Made by a program: the position numbers and the translations under genes
In this document: one piece after another, positions 62,475 to 64,000 of the stretch
Position numbering within the stretch: position 1 is the stretch's first letter
Layout of the letters: each line of letters begins with the position of its first letter
Origin: Euglena gracilis
Taxonomy: Eukaryota
Length of the DNA stretch: 64,000 bases
Assembly: GCA_039621445.1 (NCBI GenBank)
Contig: CP154954.1
Location: forward strand, 4,079,437 to 4,143,436
Reading direction: 5' to 3'
The notes under the pieces: generated by a model
Seen by the model: only the letters and a program-made list of their open reading frames with translations
Databases searched by the model: none
What the model was told of the DNA's origin: nothing

Positions 62475-63570
62475 CTGGACAACATCTGCATCTTGGCTAG
62501 CATTTGAATCTTGTCCGGTGTCTGCATCTTGTCAAATGTCAACATCTTGTCCCGTATTTGCATGTTGTGTGGTCTCTGCACCTTGTCCAGTATCTACACC
62601 TTGTCCAGTACCTGCATCCATTGCATCTTGTCCAATATCTTCAACCATTGCATGTTGTCCAATATTGTCCTCTTTTGTCCAACATCTACAACTTGTCCAG
62701 CATCTACATCTTGTCCAACATCTGCACCTCGTCCAGTATCTGTGTCCACTGCATCTTGTCTGGAATTTGCATCCTGTTCATCATCTGCAACCATTGCATC
62801 TTGTCCAGCATCTGTATCTTGTCCAGCGTCTTCATTTTGTTCAGCATCTGCATCTTGTCCAGCATCTGCAACCACTGCATCTTTTCCAGCATCTGCATCT
62901 TGTCCAGCATCTGCATCTTGTCCAGCGTCTGCATCTTGTCCAGCGCCTGCATCTTGTCCAGCATCTGCAACCACTGCATCTTGTCCAGCATCCGCATCTT
63001 GTCCATCATCTGCAACCACTGCATCTTTTCCAGCATCTGCATCTTGTCCAGCATCTGCATCTTGTCCAGCGTCTGCATCTTGTCCAGCGTCTGCATCTTG
63101 TCCAGCATCTGCAACCACTGCATCTTGTCCAGCGTCTGCATTTTGTCCAGCGTCTGCATCTTGTCCAGCATCTGCATCCACGGCATCTTGTCCAGTGTCT
63201 GCATCTTGTCCAGCATCTGCACCTTGTCCATATCTGCATCTTGCCTGATGCCTGCATCCACTGGCTCACAACCGAGCCAAAATGACCACAAAAGCCCCAA
63301 AGAGCAACCAAACGACCTAAAATAGCTTCAAATAACCTTAAATAGCCCAAAAATGCCAACAATATCCACAAATTTTTTACAAAAATCCAAAAAAATACCC
63401 AAAATCACCAAAATGGCACAAAATGACCAAAAATGCCATAACATTGGTCATATTGACCCAAATTGGCCCAATATTTGCCCAAATCAATGCAAAATAGCCC
63501 AAATTAGCAAAAAAAAAACGTTTGCCAAAAAAGCAAAAATGGGTGTAATGGGAGGCTGGGACGCAACATA
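62475..63570. repeat. Element with an 18-bp array (ctgcatcttgtccagcat)n and an A-rich arm; sibling at 44985-46260
   Basis: Array at 62475-63250; the downstream arm 63255-63570 matches 45880-46230. Confidence 0.85.
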
Positions 63571-63720
63571 GAGCTTAATTGAAACCGAAAATGAATTTAT
63601 CCGGCCAGAATTGTACCTAAATTATTTGCCGTGCAAAAAAAGGGTCACGTGAAATCCAAAATGGTGTTCATTTGGCTGTGCCCGGGGGGAGGGGAGGCGG
63701 GGGGGAGGCGAAAAGGGGGC

Positions 63721-63751
<31 letters not shown>

Positions 63752-63773
63752 CTCCCCCCTCCCCCCCCACCCC

Positions 63774-64000
63774 CCTTCTGTTTGGGGTTTGCTTGGATTT
63801 GGGTGTCGGGCCAAAATATAGTTCGAAATGTTGCTGAAACTTGGGGGTTACTCACAAAATGGTTGATTACATTGGGTGGCTATTTTTTTTTCATGGGGCT
63901 TGCTGTGGTGTTTCCTGTCTTATTGATCTCGTCTAGCTGGCCCTGTCCACCTGCAGCCCCCTCCCTCCTGGCCAGACATTATTATTTTTAAGGCGCCATA
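63774..64000 (+). repeat. Exact duplicate of 61148-61374 (runs off the window end)
   Basis: Identical 227 bp; identical 69-aa entries in the ORF track. Confidence 0.95.

Overview
Repeat-dense eukaryotic nuclear DNA with no intact protein-coding gene that I can recognise; most ORF-track entries are chance frames or come from microsatellites. The backbone is a long, decayed unit repeated head-to-tail about 2.5 times: 341-23.7k, a partial copy at 23.7-27k, and 27.1-62k, which has an internal duplication at 35.9-49.7k. Its conserved blocks look like relic exons of one large minus-strand multi-exon gene of unknown family. Each copy was invaded independently by DNA transposons, so paralogous empty sites inside the window reveal the target-site duplications (TSDs). 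The elements include hAT-type elements with 8-bp TSDs and hAT transposase relics, a TA-targeting MITE family, an unusual CTTAGG-ended family with a 5-bp TSD, a tRNA-derived SINE-like element and several satellites. The most interesting feature is one CAG...CTG hAT-like MITE, present in three paralogues between exon-like blocks. It matches the boundary geometry of euglenid non-conventional introns (Y|RnnCAG...CTGnnnnY|R). In one copy, removing it by that rule (element plus 3+5 = 8 nt, equal to one TSD) joins two ORFs in frame, which suggests hAT MITEs acting as generators of non-conventional introns. A euglenid (Euglena-like) source is inferred, not established. All alignments were done by eye, and block boundaries are approximate unless TIR or TSD sequences are quoted.
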